From Capsulimonadaceae bacterium (GTDB lineage Bacteria > Armatimonadota > Armatimonadia > Armatimonadales > Capsulimonadaceae), in the NCBI GenBank assembly GCA_965215505.1, contig OZ244065.1:2944001-3008000 (forward strand): 64,000 nt of DNA, written 5' to 3'. The notes beneath the pieces were generated by a model. That model worked only from the letters and a program-made list of their open reading frames with translations, ran no database searches and was not told the DNA's origin. The position numbers were made by a program, and so were the translations under genes. Every line of letters starts with the position of its first letter. Position 1 is the first letter of the stretch. Of the stretch, positions 47,882 through 57,355 are shown in pieces.

Positions 47882-48178
47882 TTAGCTTTCCTTCTCTTTG
47901 GGGTTTGGCAGGCGCCGCTCGAACTTCAGCAGATCGTTTTCCAACTGGAGCACAATCATCTTGCGCTCCTGGGCTTCGTTATCGCTGACGCGGCGAATCT
48001 CATAGGCCAGACGGTCAAAGCCCCGCGCCATGTCCCGGACTTCGCGACGCAATTCGTTGAAATCGCGCTGCAAATCTTTGACCTCCTGCTCGACCCTCTT
48101 GATGTCGGTCTTGTTCTGCTGAACGTCTTTGCTGAGTGAGAAAAGCTTTGCCGTCAGGTCGAGAACTTGCTTCCACAT
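47882..48178 (-). CDS. Small coiled-coil hypothetical protein
   Basis: Heptad-rich; C-terminal LENDLLKFERRLP. Confidence 0.7.
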   Translation of the reverse strand: MWKQVLDLTAKLFSLSKDVQQNKTDIKRVEQEVKDLQRDFNELRREVRDMARGFDRLAYEIRRVSDNEAQERKMIVLQLENDLLKFERRLPNPKEKES

Positions 48179-48180
48179 CG

Positions 48181-48402
48181 CTAAATTGCGCTCCAGAAGT
48201 TCGCCATGATGGCGCGTGTCTCATCTCCTATTGCTTGTGCTTCAACCCTCAGCATAGCCTTCTCTGCTCTAATTTGCGCGATCTCGGCATCATCCGCTTT
48301 CATCTGCTCGCGGATTTCGTCAATCTGGCGGAGCATCTGCGAGATCGCAGCTTCCATGTCCTTGGGATTGTCGGAAACGATCACTGTTGATGCCGTGTCC
48401 AT
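48181..48402 (-). CDS. Small coiled-coil hypothetical protein
   Basis: AGGAG RBS; helical; 2 nt from the next gene. Confidence 0.65.
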   Translation of the reverse strand: MDTASTVIVSDNPKDMEAAISQMLRQIDEIREQMKADDAEIAQIRAEKAMLRVEAQAIGDETRAIMANFWSAI

Positions 48403-48448
48403 TCAGGTAGGCTCCTTTGTTGTGCTTTTGCGGGCTTCTTCGTTGGGT

Positions 48449-48457
48449 ATTATACCA
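48449..48457 (-). promoter_or_regulatory. Extended -10 promoter (TGGTATAAT) for the coiled-coil pair/GT2 operon
   Basis: Plus strand attatacca at 48449-48457. Confidence 0.55.
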
Positions 48458-48484
48458 GAACCGCGACTGTCCGCGCCCGGCGGC

Positions 48485-48513
48485 TTGACAAAGGCACCTT
48501 TGATGCCTATAAT
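48485..48513 (+). promoter_or_regulatory. Consensus sigma70 promoter of the PBP1A-mrdA operon
   Basis: TTGACA-N17-TATAAT exactly, 14 nt upstream of ATG 48528. Confidence 0.85.
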
Positions 48514-48527
48514 ATGGTAGAGGTATT

Positions 48528-51113
48528 ATGGCTACAACCGGCACACCACGACGATCCGCGACCGGCGGCGCGGCGGCCCCGCCGCGCTCCCCGGCCCGCA
48601 GCGGGAACGGCAGAGGCAAAGCGCAGCCCGCACCGCGCCGCAGGCGGAGCCGCGTCTGGGCGGGCATCGCCGCGTTCCTCCAGATCATCACCCTCCTCAT
48701 TCTCATCCCCACCGTCGTTGTGATGGGATATGCCTTCTGGCGTTTCAAGACCGCGCCACACACCATTGACCTGCCCGAAACGGCATTGGGCATCACCTAC
48801 GTCTACTCCTCCGACGGCACCCCGCTGGCCGAGTATTTCACCGAGCGGCGCAAAGTCGTCCCTATCGAGGACATCCCCAAAAACTTGCAGAACGCCACGG
48901 TCGCCTTCGAGGACCGACGGTTTTACACGCACGGGGGCGTGGACGTCCAGGGCATCGGGCGCGCGCTCTGGAGCAACTTCCGGCACCAGGACATGAAGGG
49001 CGAAGGCGGAAGCACCATCACGCAGCAGCTCGCCCGTAACCTCGGGGTCGGCGGGCTGACCCGGCAGAAGTCGCTGGGGCGCAAGTTCAACGAGCTGATC
49101 ATCGCCCAGCAGATCGACAACAGCTACACCAAGCAGGACATCCTGGCGAAGTACCTGAACCAGATCAACTACGGCAGTGGCGCTTACGGCGTTGAGGCCG
49201 CCGCCGAGGTCTACTTCAACAAGCACGTCAAGCAGCTCGACCTGGCCCAGTGCGCCCTGCTCGCCGGACTGCCCAACCGCCCCAACGATTTCAGTCCCTA
49301 CAACGACATCGACGCCGCCGAGGGCCAGCGCAACCGCGTCCTGGATCAGATGCTGAAGGAGCATTATATCACCCCTGCCCAGTACACGCAGGCGGTGAAA
49401 GAAAAGATCAAACTGGCCGGACTGAAGCCCGCCTCGCAGGGCAGCCAGATATTCCACGCCCCCTACTTCGTTAACTACGTCGTGGACCAGATCCGGCGCA
49501 AGTACGGGCCGGACTATGTCACGAACGGGAACCTGAAGATCTACACCACCCTCAACTGGCCGATGCAGCAGCGCGCCGAGCAGGCGGTGAAGGACGGACT
49601 GGCCCATGTGCGCGGGGACGGCCCCACGCAGAGCGCCCTGGTGTGTCTTGACCCGAAAACGGGCGAGATCAAGGCCATGGTCGGCGGCGCGGACTACAAG
49701 AAGAGCCAGTTCAACATCGCCGCCCAGGCCCGCCGCCAGCCCGGCTCGTCCTTCAAAGCCGTGGTCTACTCGGCGGCCATCAATGACGGCTCGGTGCGGG
49801 AAACTACCACCGTCATGGACGCGCGCACCAGTTTCGGGGGTGGAAAAAAGCCTTACACACCGAAGGACGACAACGGCTACTCGGACCGGAGCGTGACGCT
49901 GAAGGAAGCAATGGCACAGTCCATCAACGTCCCCGCCGTGAAGGTGCTGCACCTGATCGGGCCGCAGGCGGCGATCCGTTATGCGCGCATGATGGGCGTC
50001 CACTCTCCGCTCGATCCGGTGCCGTCCCTCGCCCTCGGCTCCAGCGGCGTGACGCCGCTGGAGATGGCGAGCGTCTACTGCACCTTCCCAGCCGGCGGCA
50101 ACCACCCGGAACCGTCCGCCTGGACGCGGATGACCGATGCCCAGGATAACGTGCTGGAGGACGTGCCGCCGGCCATCGAGACGCATGTGCTCCAAAAGGA
50201 GACCGTCGCGCAGCTCGACGACATGCTGCGCGCGGTCGTCACCGAGGGCACGGCGGACAAGGTAGCAGGCATGCCGCCCGACGCGCGCGGCAAGACCGGC
50301 ACGACGCAGGGCCACAAGGACGTCTGGTTCGTCGGCTACACGCCCGACCTGGTCTGCGCGGTCTGGGCGGGGCACCCCATCTACGAGTCACGGACCTCGG
50401 CCCCTTCGTATGGCGAGGAGATGGCCGGGAACGCCTGGGGGTCCACCGTCTGCGCCCCGATCTGGGCGCAGTTCATGGATCAGGCCCTGCCGATCTTTAA
50501 GGCGGCGCGCGGCAAGGAGATCGCGCGGGAGAAGGCCAAGCTGCCCCCGGTCGTCAAGCCCGTCACGAATGCGGACAAGGCGGCGGCGGTGGAGGCGGCC
50601 CCGGCGGATGCTCCTTCCGACACCCCGCCGGCCGACACGCCCCGCCCGTCCCGGCGCGCGCGGCGGAGCCAGCCGCACGACAACGGCGACGGCACCGTCA
50701 CCGTGAACGTGGACGACAGCAGCAGCCTGCTCGCGCCCGACGGCGCACCGGACTCGCACCCGGAGACGTTCACGGCCGGCACACAGCCGTCCACGCTGTC
50801 CCCCCAGTACACGAAGCCGCAGAGCGGCGGCGACAGCACTGACGGCGGGACGGGCGACTCAAGCACCTCGGGCGCTTCCGGCACGTCCGGCGACGCGGCT
50901 CCTTCCCCGGACACGTCGGACACGTCCCGCTCGCGGAGGCACCGCCGGCACGAGGCGAGCGCGGCCGAAGACACCGTCACCGTGACGATCAACCCCGAGG
51001 ACGGCCTGCTCGCGACCAAATGGGACCCGCAGACGGTCACGCGGACCTACCCGCGCGGGCAGGAGCCGCACCGCCACAGCCGCATGTACCCGCCGCCGCC
51101 GGGAGAACAGTAA
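48528..51113 (+). CDS. Class A penicillin-binding protein (PBP1A family)
   Basis: EDRRFYTHGG, GSTITQQLARN; SSFK, SIN, KTG. Confidence 0.93.
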   Translation: MATTGTPRRSATGGAAAPPRSPARSGNGRGKAQPAPRRRRSRVWAGIAAFLQIITLLILIPTVVVMGYAFWRFKTAPHTIDLPETALGITYVYSSDGTPLAEYFTERRKVVPIEDIPKNLQNATVAFEDRRFYTHGGVDVQGIGRALWSNFRHQDMKGEGGSTITQQLARNLGVGGLTRQKSLGRKFNELIIAQQIDNSYTKQDILAKYLNQINYGSGAYGVEAAAEVYFNKHVKQLDLAQCALLAGLPNRPNDFSPYNDIDAAEGQRNRVLDQMLKEHYITPAQYTQAVKEKIKLAGLKPASQGSQIFHAPYFVNYVVDQIRRKYGPDYVTNGNLKIYTTLNWPMQQRAEQAVKDGLAHVRGDGPTQSALVCLDPKTGEIKAMVGGADYKKSQFNIAAQARRQPGSSFKAVVYSAAINDGSVRETTTVMDARTSFGGGKKPYTPKDDNGYSDRSVTLKEAMAQSINVPAVKVLHLIGPQAAIRYARMMGVHSPLDPVPSLALGSSGVTPLEMASVYCTFPAGGNHPEPSAWTRMTDAQDNVLEDVPPAIETHVLQKETVAQLDDMLRAVVTEGTADKVAGMPPDARGKTGTTQGHKDVWFVGYTPDLVCAVWAGHPIYESRTSAPSYGEEMAGNAWGSTVCAPIWAQFMDQALPIFKAARGKEIAREKAKLPPVVKPVTNADKAAAVEAAPADAPSDTPPADTPRPSRRARRSQPHDNGDGTVTVNVDDSSSLLAPDGAPDSHPETFTAGTQPSTLSPQYTKPQSGGDSTDGGTGDSSTSGASGTSGDAAPSPDTSDTSRSRRHRRHEASAAEDTVTVTINPEDGLLATKWDPQTVTRTYPRGQEPHRHSRMYPPPPGEQ

Positions 51114-51127
51114 GACATCCCCGCGCC

Positions 51128-52981
51128 ATGCTGACCTCGCCGAAACCATCCCTACGCCCCCCCGACCCCCGGCACGCGCCGCCGTCCCGCCAGCAAACCA
51201 AGCGGGCGGCGGCGCAGCGTGCCTGGGGGTTCGGCGTCCTGATCCTCCTGCTGTTCTTCGCCCTGGCCGCCCGGCTCTGGTACTTGCAGGTCGCGCACGG
51301 CGACGACTTTCGCGATGACGCCGCCGCCAACCAGCACCGGCGCATCCCCATGCGCGCCCCGCGCGGCACCATCGTGGACCGCCACGGCGTCCTGCTGGCC
51401 GCCAACCGACCCCGGCTTGCCCTCTACGCCACGCCGGATGTCGCCAAGAACGCCGCCGTGCTGGCGCGGCTCGGCGGCCTGCTGCACGTCGCGCCGGAGG
51501 ACATCCGGCAGACCATCCTGGACACCCAGCAGAACCCCTATGATCCCCTGCGGATCGCGCTGGACGTTCCCATGGCGGTCGTGACCCAGATCGAGGAGAA
51601 CAAGCCGTTCCTGCCCGGCGTCAGCACCCAGCCGGAGCCGGTCCGCTGGTATCCGCAAGGGTCACTGGCCGCGCACCTCCTCGGGACGATGGGGCGGATC
51701 AACACCGACGAGTGGAACGCGCACAAAGGGCAGGGGTACTTCACCGACGACTTTTTAGGCAAATCCGGGGTCGAGGCGGCCTACGAGCCGTATCTGCGCG
51801 GGGCACCGGGCGGGACGGATGTCCAAATAGACGCGCACGGCCGCACCCTGCACACTTTGGACACGCAGGACGCTGCGCCCGGCGGCACACTGACCTTGAC
51901 CCTGGACGCGCCGACGCAGGCGGCGGGGGAGCGCGTCTTTAAAGAGCATGACTTCGTCGGGGCCGCCGTCGCCCTGGACCCGCGCACCGGGGCCGTGCTG
52001 GCGATGGTGTCCGCGCCCACCTTCGACCCGGACAAGTTTGCGACCGGCATCACGGCGAAGGACTGGGACCCGCTCAACAAGGGCGTTTCGCACCCGCTAC
52101 TGAACCGCGCCATCAAGGCGATGTATCCGCCCGGCTCCACCTTCAAGCCGGTCGTCGCGGCGGCGGGCTGGGAAACCGGCGTGATCACCGCGAGTAGCGG
52201 CGTCTACTGCCCCGGCTCGTACCACCTGGGCCGGGCGCGCTTCGGGTGCTGGGAGACGCACGGCGCGACCGACTTCACCAAGGCCATCGCCGAGTCGTGC
52301 GACGTCTTCTTTTACGTCTACGGCCAGAAGATCGGGGCGGACCGGCTCTCGTACTACTCCAAGCAGTTCGGCCTGGCCGAGAAGACGGGGATCGACCTGG
52401 GCGGCGAGGACATCGGCTCGATCCCCTCCCCCGCCTGGAAGTTGAAGCATTTCCACAAGCTGGGTCCGGCCTTTGACACCTGGTTCGGCGGCGACACGCT
52501 GCACATGTCCATCGGGCAGGGGGACGTGCTGACGACGCCCCTACAACTGGCGCGCGTGGCGGCGACTTTCGCCAACGGCGGGAACGTCCTGAAGCCCTAC
52601 GTCGTTGCAAAAGTGACGGGGGGACGGCAGCCTTACCGGAGTGCGCCGACGGTCATCCGGCACGTCCCGATCAGCCGGCTCAACATGGAGCGCGTCCGCC
52701 GGGCGATGCGCGTCACGGTGACGAACGGGACCGGCAAAGTGGTCAATTTCCGCGAGGTCGAGGTCGCCGCCAAGACCGGCTCGGCGCAGACGCACGGGGC
52801 GGCCAAGACGCACGGCCTGTTCATCTGCTTCGCCCCGTATGACCACCCGACCATCGCCATCGCCGCCATCGTCGAACACGGCGGGCACGGCGGCGACACA
52901 GCGGGCAAGGTCGCCCGCGCCATGCTGCGAGCCTACTTCCACCTCAAGGAGACGGGGGAGACGGCGGCCCGGAGCGATTAG
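51128..52981 (+). CDS. mrdA: Penicillin-binding protein 2
   Basis: RLWYLQV, APRGTIVDR, PPGSTFK, SCD, KTG. Confidence 0.9.
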   Translation: MLTSPKPSLRPPDPRHAPPSRQQTKRAAAQRAWGFGVLILLLFFALAARLWYLQVAHGDDFRDDAAANQHRRIPMRAPRGTIVDRHGVLLAANRPRLALYATPDVAKNAAVLARLGGLLHVAPEDIRQTILDTQQNPYDPLRIALDVPMAVVTQIEENKPFLPGVSTQPEPVRWYPQGSLAAHLLGTMGRINTDEWNAHKGQGYFTDDFLGKSGVEAAYEPYLRGAPGGTDVQIDAHGRTLHTLDTQDAAPGGTLTLTLDAPTQAAGERVFKEHDFVGAAVALDPRTGAVLAMVSAPTFDPDKFATGITAKDWDPLNKGVSHPLLNRAIKAMYPPGSTFKPVVAAAGWETGVITASSGVYCPGSYHLGRARFGCWETHGATDFTKAIAESCDVFFYVYGQKIGADRLSYYSKQFGLAEKTGIDLGGEDIGSIPSPAWKLKHFHKLGPAFDTWFGGDTLHMSIGQGDVLTTPLQLARVAATFANGGNVLKPYVVAKVTGGRQPYRSAPTVIRHVPISRLNMERVRRAMRVTVTNGTGKVVNFREVEVAAKTGSAQTHGAAKTHGLFICFAPYDHPTIAIAAIVEHGGHGGDTAGKVARAMLRAYFHLKETGETAARSD

Positions 52982-53039
52982 GACTGGACGATCAGAACCG
53001 AGCGATCAAACTGAACCGACGGACTTAGGGAATCCTATC

Positions 53040-53735
53040 ATGCTTTACGAGCTTCGTCACTACGACACCCACAGCAGCCGCGGCCTGGACCAAGTCATCG
53101 GCCGCTTCGGCGAACACATCCTGCGGATCTGGGCGCGGATCGGCATTGAGCCGGTCGGCTTCTGGAGTGTCCTGGTCGGCAGTCCCAGCCCCCGGCTGAC
53201 CTACATCCTGGCGTGGGAGGATCTCGCACAGCGCCAGGAACTCTGGGGGGCTTTCGAGGCGGACCCGGAGTGGCGTCTGGTCCGGCGCGAAACCAATGCC
53301 GCCTGGGGCGGCAGCCCGATCCACACCATCACCAGCACGATCCTCCAGCCAACCGCCTTCTCCCGCGTGCCGCGCCACGACAACCAGCCGCGCCGGGTGG
53401 CGGGCGGCGTCTTCGAGCTGCGGACCTACCGCTTCGACGACATGGCGAAACTGACGCAGACTGTGGACTGGTTCGGGGCGCAGGCCGCGCCCGCCTTCGA
53501 GACGCACGGCCTGTTCGCGATGGGCTTCTGGACCACCTACATCGGCGTCTCGCCGCGCCTCACCTACATGCTCGTCTTCGAGAACCTCGCCCACCGCGAG
53601 CGCGCCTGGGCCTCGTTCTACACCGACCCGGACTGGCCCGCCCGCCAGGACGGCCTCTACCCGGACGGCAAGCCGCTGGTCGCGGGCATAGACAGCGTGG
53701 TGATGAAGGGGACGGAGTTCTCGGGGTGGAAGTAG
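53040..53735 (+). CDS. NIPSNAP family protein (two domains)
   Basis: YELRHY and FELRTY repeats; W..F..DP.W. Confidence 0.85.
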   Translation: MLYELRHYDTHSSRGLDQVIGRFGEHILRIWARIGIEPVGFWSVLVGSPSPRLTYILAWEDLAQRQELWGAFEADPEWRLVRRETNAAWGGSPIHTITSTILQPTAFSRVPRHDNQPRRVAGGVFELRTYRFDDMAKLTQTVDWFGAQAAPAFETHGLFAMGFWTTYIGVSPRLTYMLVFENLAHRERAWASFYTDPDWPARQDGLYPDGKPLVAGIDSVVMKGTEFSGWK

Positions 53736-53737
53736 AA

Positions 53738-54014
53738 GCCACGGGTTGAAAGCCGAGGCTCCGAAAGGCCCACCGTCCAGGGACGTTAAGACAGGGACAC
53801 AGGACAGAAGCGGAGGCAGGACAGAAGCGGAGGCAGGACAGAAGCGGAGGCAGGACAGAAGCGGAGGCAGGACAGAAGCGGAGGCAGGACAGAAGCGGAG
53901 GGCGGGGTCCCCCGCCCCTACGCAATTATGTCCTGCCTCTCTCACGTCCTCTGGATTGTACTGGCAGCCCCAGAAGACGCTGGGGACTTCGGTGCCTCGG
54001 GTTTCAACCCGTGG
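53738..54014. repeat. REPIN/MITE-like element, family A copy 2, with internal 6 x 17-bp tandem repeat
   Basis: TIR gccacgggttgaaagccgaggc / gcctcgggtttcaacccgtgg; caggacagaagcggagg x6 (53800-53901); GTAG REP ~53900-53921. Confidence 0.9.
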
Positions 54015-54036
54015 TCGTCTCCGTTGACTTCGGCGG

Positions 54037-54273
54037 CTAATTCTCCTGCGGCCTGTCGGCATTGCGCCACTCTCGGCCCAGGCGCACCGCCTCATCGAAC
54101 GTGGGATCATCGGCAAAGATGCCCGCCCACCGTTCCAGGAAGTCAGGAGCGGTTCTCCCGGAAACTGCGCCCTGATGCCCCGCGACCAGCATCCGCAGGC
54201 GGCGTACTTCCTCTTCCAGCGCGGCCAGGCGGCTTTCCAAATCTTGCATCCCGTCCATCCTCTCACCCCTCAT
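54037..54273 (-). CDS. Small hypothetical protein, antitoxin-like
   Basis: LESRLAALEEEVRRLR coiled coil + WAGIFADDPTFDEAVRLGREWR. Confidence 0.6.
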   Translation of the reverse strand: MRGERMDGMQDLESRLAALEEEVRRLRMLVAGHQGAVSGRTAPDFLERWAGIFADDPTFDEAVRLGREWRNADRPQEN

Positions 54274-54396
54274 CCCGCCCCAGTCTCAGCAAGCCCCCTA
54301 CCGTGCGGTGCGCCTCGCTCAACTTTGGTCCGGCCATGCCGGGTTGCAGCGGGTTGCAGCGGTCAGGGGCGAGCGCCGTCAAGGGAGAGGATAGTC

Positions 54397-55020
54397 TCAG
54401 GCCGCCAGCCACTCCGCCGCCGCCTGCGCTTCCTCGCGGGTCAGGCCGTGTCCGCCCGGCTGCCAGTGGGTCGTCACGTCCGCGCCCGAGTCGCGCAGCA
54501 GTGCGGCCAGCCGCTCCGTCTCGGCGGGCGTCGCCATGGGGTCCGTCCGGCCCGCGCCGAGGAAGACGCGCATTCGGGCGAGGTCCGGGAGGCTTTCGGG
54601 GACAAGCGGAACCATCGCGTGGAGCAGCACGGCGGCCTTTAGAACGTCGGGGCGCAGCAGGAGCAGGGCGGCGGCGATGTTCGCGCCGTTGGAAAAGCCG
54701 ACGGCGGTGACGCGGCCCGCGTCGAAGCCGTAGGCGTCTGCGGCGGACTGGATGAGATCGGCCAGTTCGTGCGTCCGCGCGATCAGGTCGGGGATGTCGA
54801 AGACGCCTTCGGACAGGCGGCGGAAGAAGCGGGGCATCCCGTTCTCGGACACTTTGCCGCGCGGACTGAGCAAGTTGGCGGTGGGGGCAAACAGCCGCCC
54901 CAGCGGGAGAAGGTCGTTCTCATCCCCACCCGTGCCGTGCAGCAGGAGGAGCGTGTCGGCGGTCGCTGGGGACGGCGCGGGGATGAAGCGGTGGATGAAG
55001 CCGAGTTCGTTTGCCTGCAT
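54397..55020 (-). CDS. Alpha/beta hydrolase (MhqD-like carboxylesterase)
   Basis: LLHGTGG, RFFRR, GFSNG nucleophile, GGH. Confidence 0.9.
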   Translation of the reverse strand: MQANELGFIHRFIPAPSPATADTLLLLHGTGGDENDLLPLGRLFAPTANLLSPRGKVSENGMPRFFRRLSEGVFDIPDLIARTHELADLIQSAADAYGFDAGRVTAVGFSNGANIAAALLLLRPDVLKAAVLLHAMVPLVPESLPDLARMRVFLGAGRTDPMATPAETERLAALLRDSGADVTTHWQPGGHGLTREEAQAAAEWLAA

Positions 55021-55096
55021 GATCGTCTCCTCTTTCTGTTGTCCCTCTTGCCGTCGCCGCCCGCGTGTGTTACAATGCCGACCAGGAGGCAACCTC

Positions 55097-56407
55097 ATGC
55101 CCATCGTAAACCGCCCCATCATCACACGCCGCGCCCTCGGGGCTGCACTGGTTCTCGCGCTCTGCCTCGTGTCCGGCACTAGGGCAGGGGCGGACCCACT
55201 GCGCGTCCCGGCCTATACCGCCTACCTCCAGCCGGACCCGGAGCCGGAGGGCATGGACGTCTCGCCCCCGGCGGGCGTCACCGGCTGGAAGGACGGCAAA
55301 GTCTCGCTCGTCTGGCACGGCGAGCTGAAGGCGGCGGGGCGGCTAACCCCGTCCGTCTCGCTGCGCCTGCCGCCGGGCGACCGGAGCGTGCTGCGGCTCA
55401 CCGTGGCGGGCCAGTCCCGGACGGCGACGGCGATTGGCGGCCCACAGCCGGTCGTCGTGGCCTTCGGGCCGGTTTCGGTCGCCGCGCCCGGCCCCATCGC
55501 CATCACGCTCGCAGGGCTGTCCAAGACCGGGCCGGGGTTTGGCGACGTTGACGGGCTGCTGCTCGGCGGCCCCGCCGCCTTGGACGCCCATTTCAGCCAG
55601 GCCGAGACGCGCGGTGCGCCGTCTGTGCATTTGTGGTACACGACGCCCAAAGGGGCGCAGATCACCGCGTTCATGAACGAAGTCACGGTGCGGGAAAGTC
55701 CGCTGTGGTCGTACTTCATGGCCTGCGGGTTTGCGCGCGGCTACTTCGGCATCCAGGTCAACAGCCCCACCGAGCGGCGGATCATCTTCTCCGTGTGGGA
55801 CTCGGGCAAGGAGCCGACGGACCGGAGCAAGGTCGCGGATGACGACCGCGTCCGGCTGATCGCCAAAGGGCCGGGCGTCTTCAGCGACAGCTTCGGCAAC
55901 GAGGGGACGGGCGGGCACAGCCACCTGGTCTACCCGTGGAAGACGGGGCAGACCTACCGGTTCCTGGTTTCGGCCCAGCCGGACGGCACGGGGACCATCT
56001 ACAGCGGCTACTTCTACTTCCCCGACCGCAAGGCCTGGGGCCTGATCGCCAGCTTCCGCGCCCCGAAGGACGGGGGCTATCTACACGGTCTGTACTCCTT
56101 CAATGAGGACTTCAACGGCGCGAACGGGTTCGAGCGGCGGCGGGCCGAGTTCGGGCCGCAGTGGATCAAGGCGGCGGACGGGCAGTGGGCCGAGCTGCGG
56201 ACCGCGCGCTTCACGCACACCAAGGACGGCGTGAAGGAGCGGGTGGACCGCGCCGCCGGGGTCGTCGGCGGCCGGTTCTTCCTATCCAATGGCGGCTTCG
56301 TGCCTGTGGAGGCCATCAGGTACGGGGACGAGTTCACCCGCCGAGCATCGGGAAAACAACCCGAGATCGTGCTGCCGCCACAGCCTACCCCCGCTCCGGC
56401 ACCGTGA
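55097..56407 (+). CDS. DUF5077/DUF3472-like secreted protein
   Basis: AGGAGG RBS; signal peptide; PSVHL, GYFGIQVNS, FSVWD, FGNEGTGG. Confidence 0.75.
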   Translation: MPIVNRPIITRRALGAALVLALCLVSGTRAGADPLRVPAYTAYLQPDPEPEGMDVSPPAGVTGWKDGKVSLVWHGELKAAGRLTPSVSLRLPPGDRSVLRLTVAGQSRTATAIGGPQPVVVAFGPVSVAAPGPIAITLAGLSKTGPGFGDVDGLLLGGPAALDAHFSQAETRGAPSVHLWYTTPKGAQITAFMNEVTVRESPLWSYFMACGFARGYFGIQVNSPTERRIIFSVWDSGKEPTDRSKVADDDRVRLIAKGPGVFSDSFGNEGTGGHSHLVYPWKTGQTYRFLVSAQPDGTGTIYSGYFYFPDRKAWGLIASFRAPKDGGYLHGLYSFNEDFNGANGFERRRAEFGPQWIKAADGQWAELRTARFTHTKDGVKERVDRAAGVVGGRFFLSNGGFVPVEAIRYGDEFTRRASGKQPEIVLPPQPTPAPAP

Positions 56408-57323
56408 TCGGCGGCAGGCCGGCTTCGATCCGGGCGCGGTCCGCCTCGTATTGGGTGGGGAGCTTCAAATGCGTACCCAATGTCTCCGGCGACTCGTCGG
56501 TGGCGAAGCCGGGCGAGTCGGTGGCGATCTCGAACAGGATGCCGCCCGGCTCGCGGAAGTAGATCGAGTGGAAGTAGTCGCGGTCCATGACGGGGCTGAC
56601 GCCAAGCCCCAGGCCCGAAATCTCGCGCAGCCACTCCCCCTGCCGGGCATCGTCGGGCGTCCGCCAGGCGACGTGGTGGATGTTGCCGACGGCGATCTGG
56701 CCGGGCGCGAGGCTCGGCGCGGCCTGCACGTCGGCGAAGGTGCCGTCGGCCAGCGCGTAGCGGGTCCAGTCGCCTTCGGTCTGGGCCGCCTCAAACCCCA
56801 GGGTGCCGGTCATCAGGGCCGCCGTCCGGCCTGGAGACCGCTCCGGCAGTGTGACGGCGCGCACGCCGCGAATGGCATGGGGGCTGGGGACGGGGCCGTC
56901 GGTCCAGCCGGGGCGGGCGTCGTCCGCCGCCGGAACCAGCTCCAGCCGCAGGCCGTCCGGGTCATGGAAAGGCAGGGCCGTCTCGCCGAAGCGCGTCTCG
57001 GCCTCGCCCATCGTCACCCCATGAGCCGCCAGTCGGTCCCGCCAGAAGTCCAGAGCGTCGGGCGCGACGGAGAGCGAGATCGCCGCCACCTGTCCCAGAC
57101 CAAGCCGCCCCCGGCGGCCCCCCGGCCAGGCGAAGAAGGTCAACAGGGTGCCGGGGCTGCCCAGGGCGTCCCCGTAGTAGAAGTGGTACGAGCCGGGGTC
57201 GTCGAAGTTGACGGTCTGCTTGACCAGACGCAGGCCAAGGACGCCGGCGTAGAAATCAACATTCTCCTGCGGGTCACTCGCGATGGCGGTGACGTGGTGG
57301 ATGCCGGTCAGCGGGGCGGTCAT
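56385..57323 (-). CDS. Ring-cleaving dioxygenase (MhqO/MhqE-like)
   Basis: GIHHVTA, VKQTVNFDDP, HHVAW, DRDYFHSIYFREPGGILFEIAT. Confidence 0.93.
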   Translation of the reverse strand: MTAPLTGIHHVTAIASDPQENVDFYAGVLGLRLVKQTVNFDDPGSYHFYYGDALGSPGTLLTFFAWPGGRRGRLGLGQVAAISLSVAPDALDFWRDRLAAHGVTMGEAETRFGETALPFHDPDGLRLELVPAADDARPGWTDGPVPSPHAIRGVRAVTLPERSPGRTAALMTGTLGFEAAQTEGDWTRYALADGTFADVQAAPSLAPGQIAVGNIHHVAWRTPDDARQGEWLREISGLGLGVSPVMDRDYFHSIYFREPGGILFEIATDSPGFATDESPETLGTHLKLPTQYEADRARIEAGLPPITVPERG

Positions 57324-57355
57324 GGGGAACTCCTATGCTAAGAAGGGCGCGGTGC

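Noticed and set aside
48507-50375. 622-aa minus-strand ORF
   Set aside because: Antisense shadow of PBP1A
53800-53901. CRISPR array or coding repeat
   Set aside because: 17-bp units without spacers inside a REPIN; ORFs crossing it are repeat-derived
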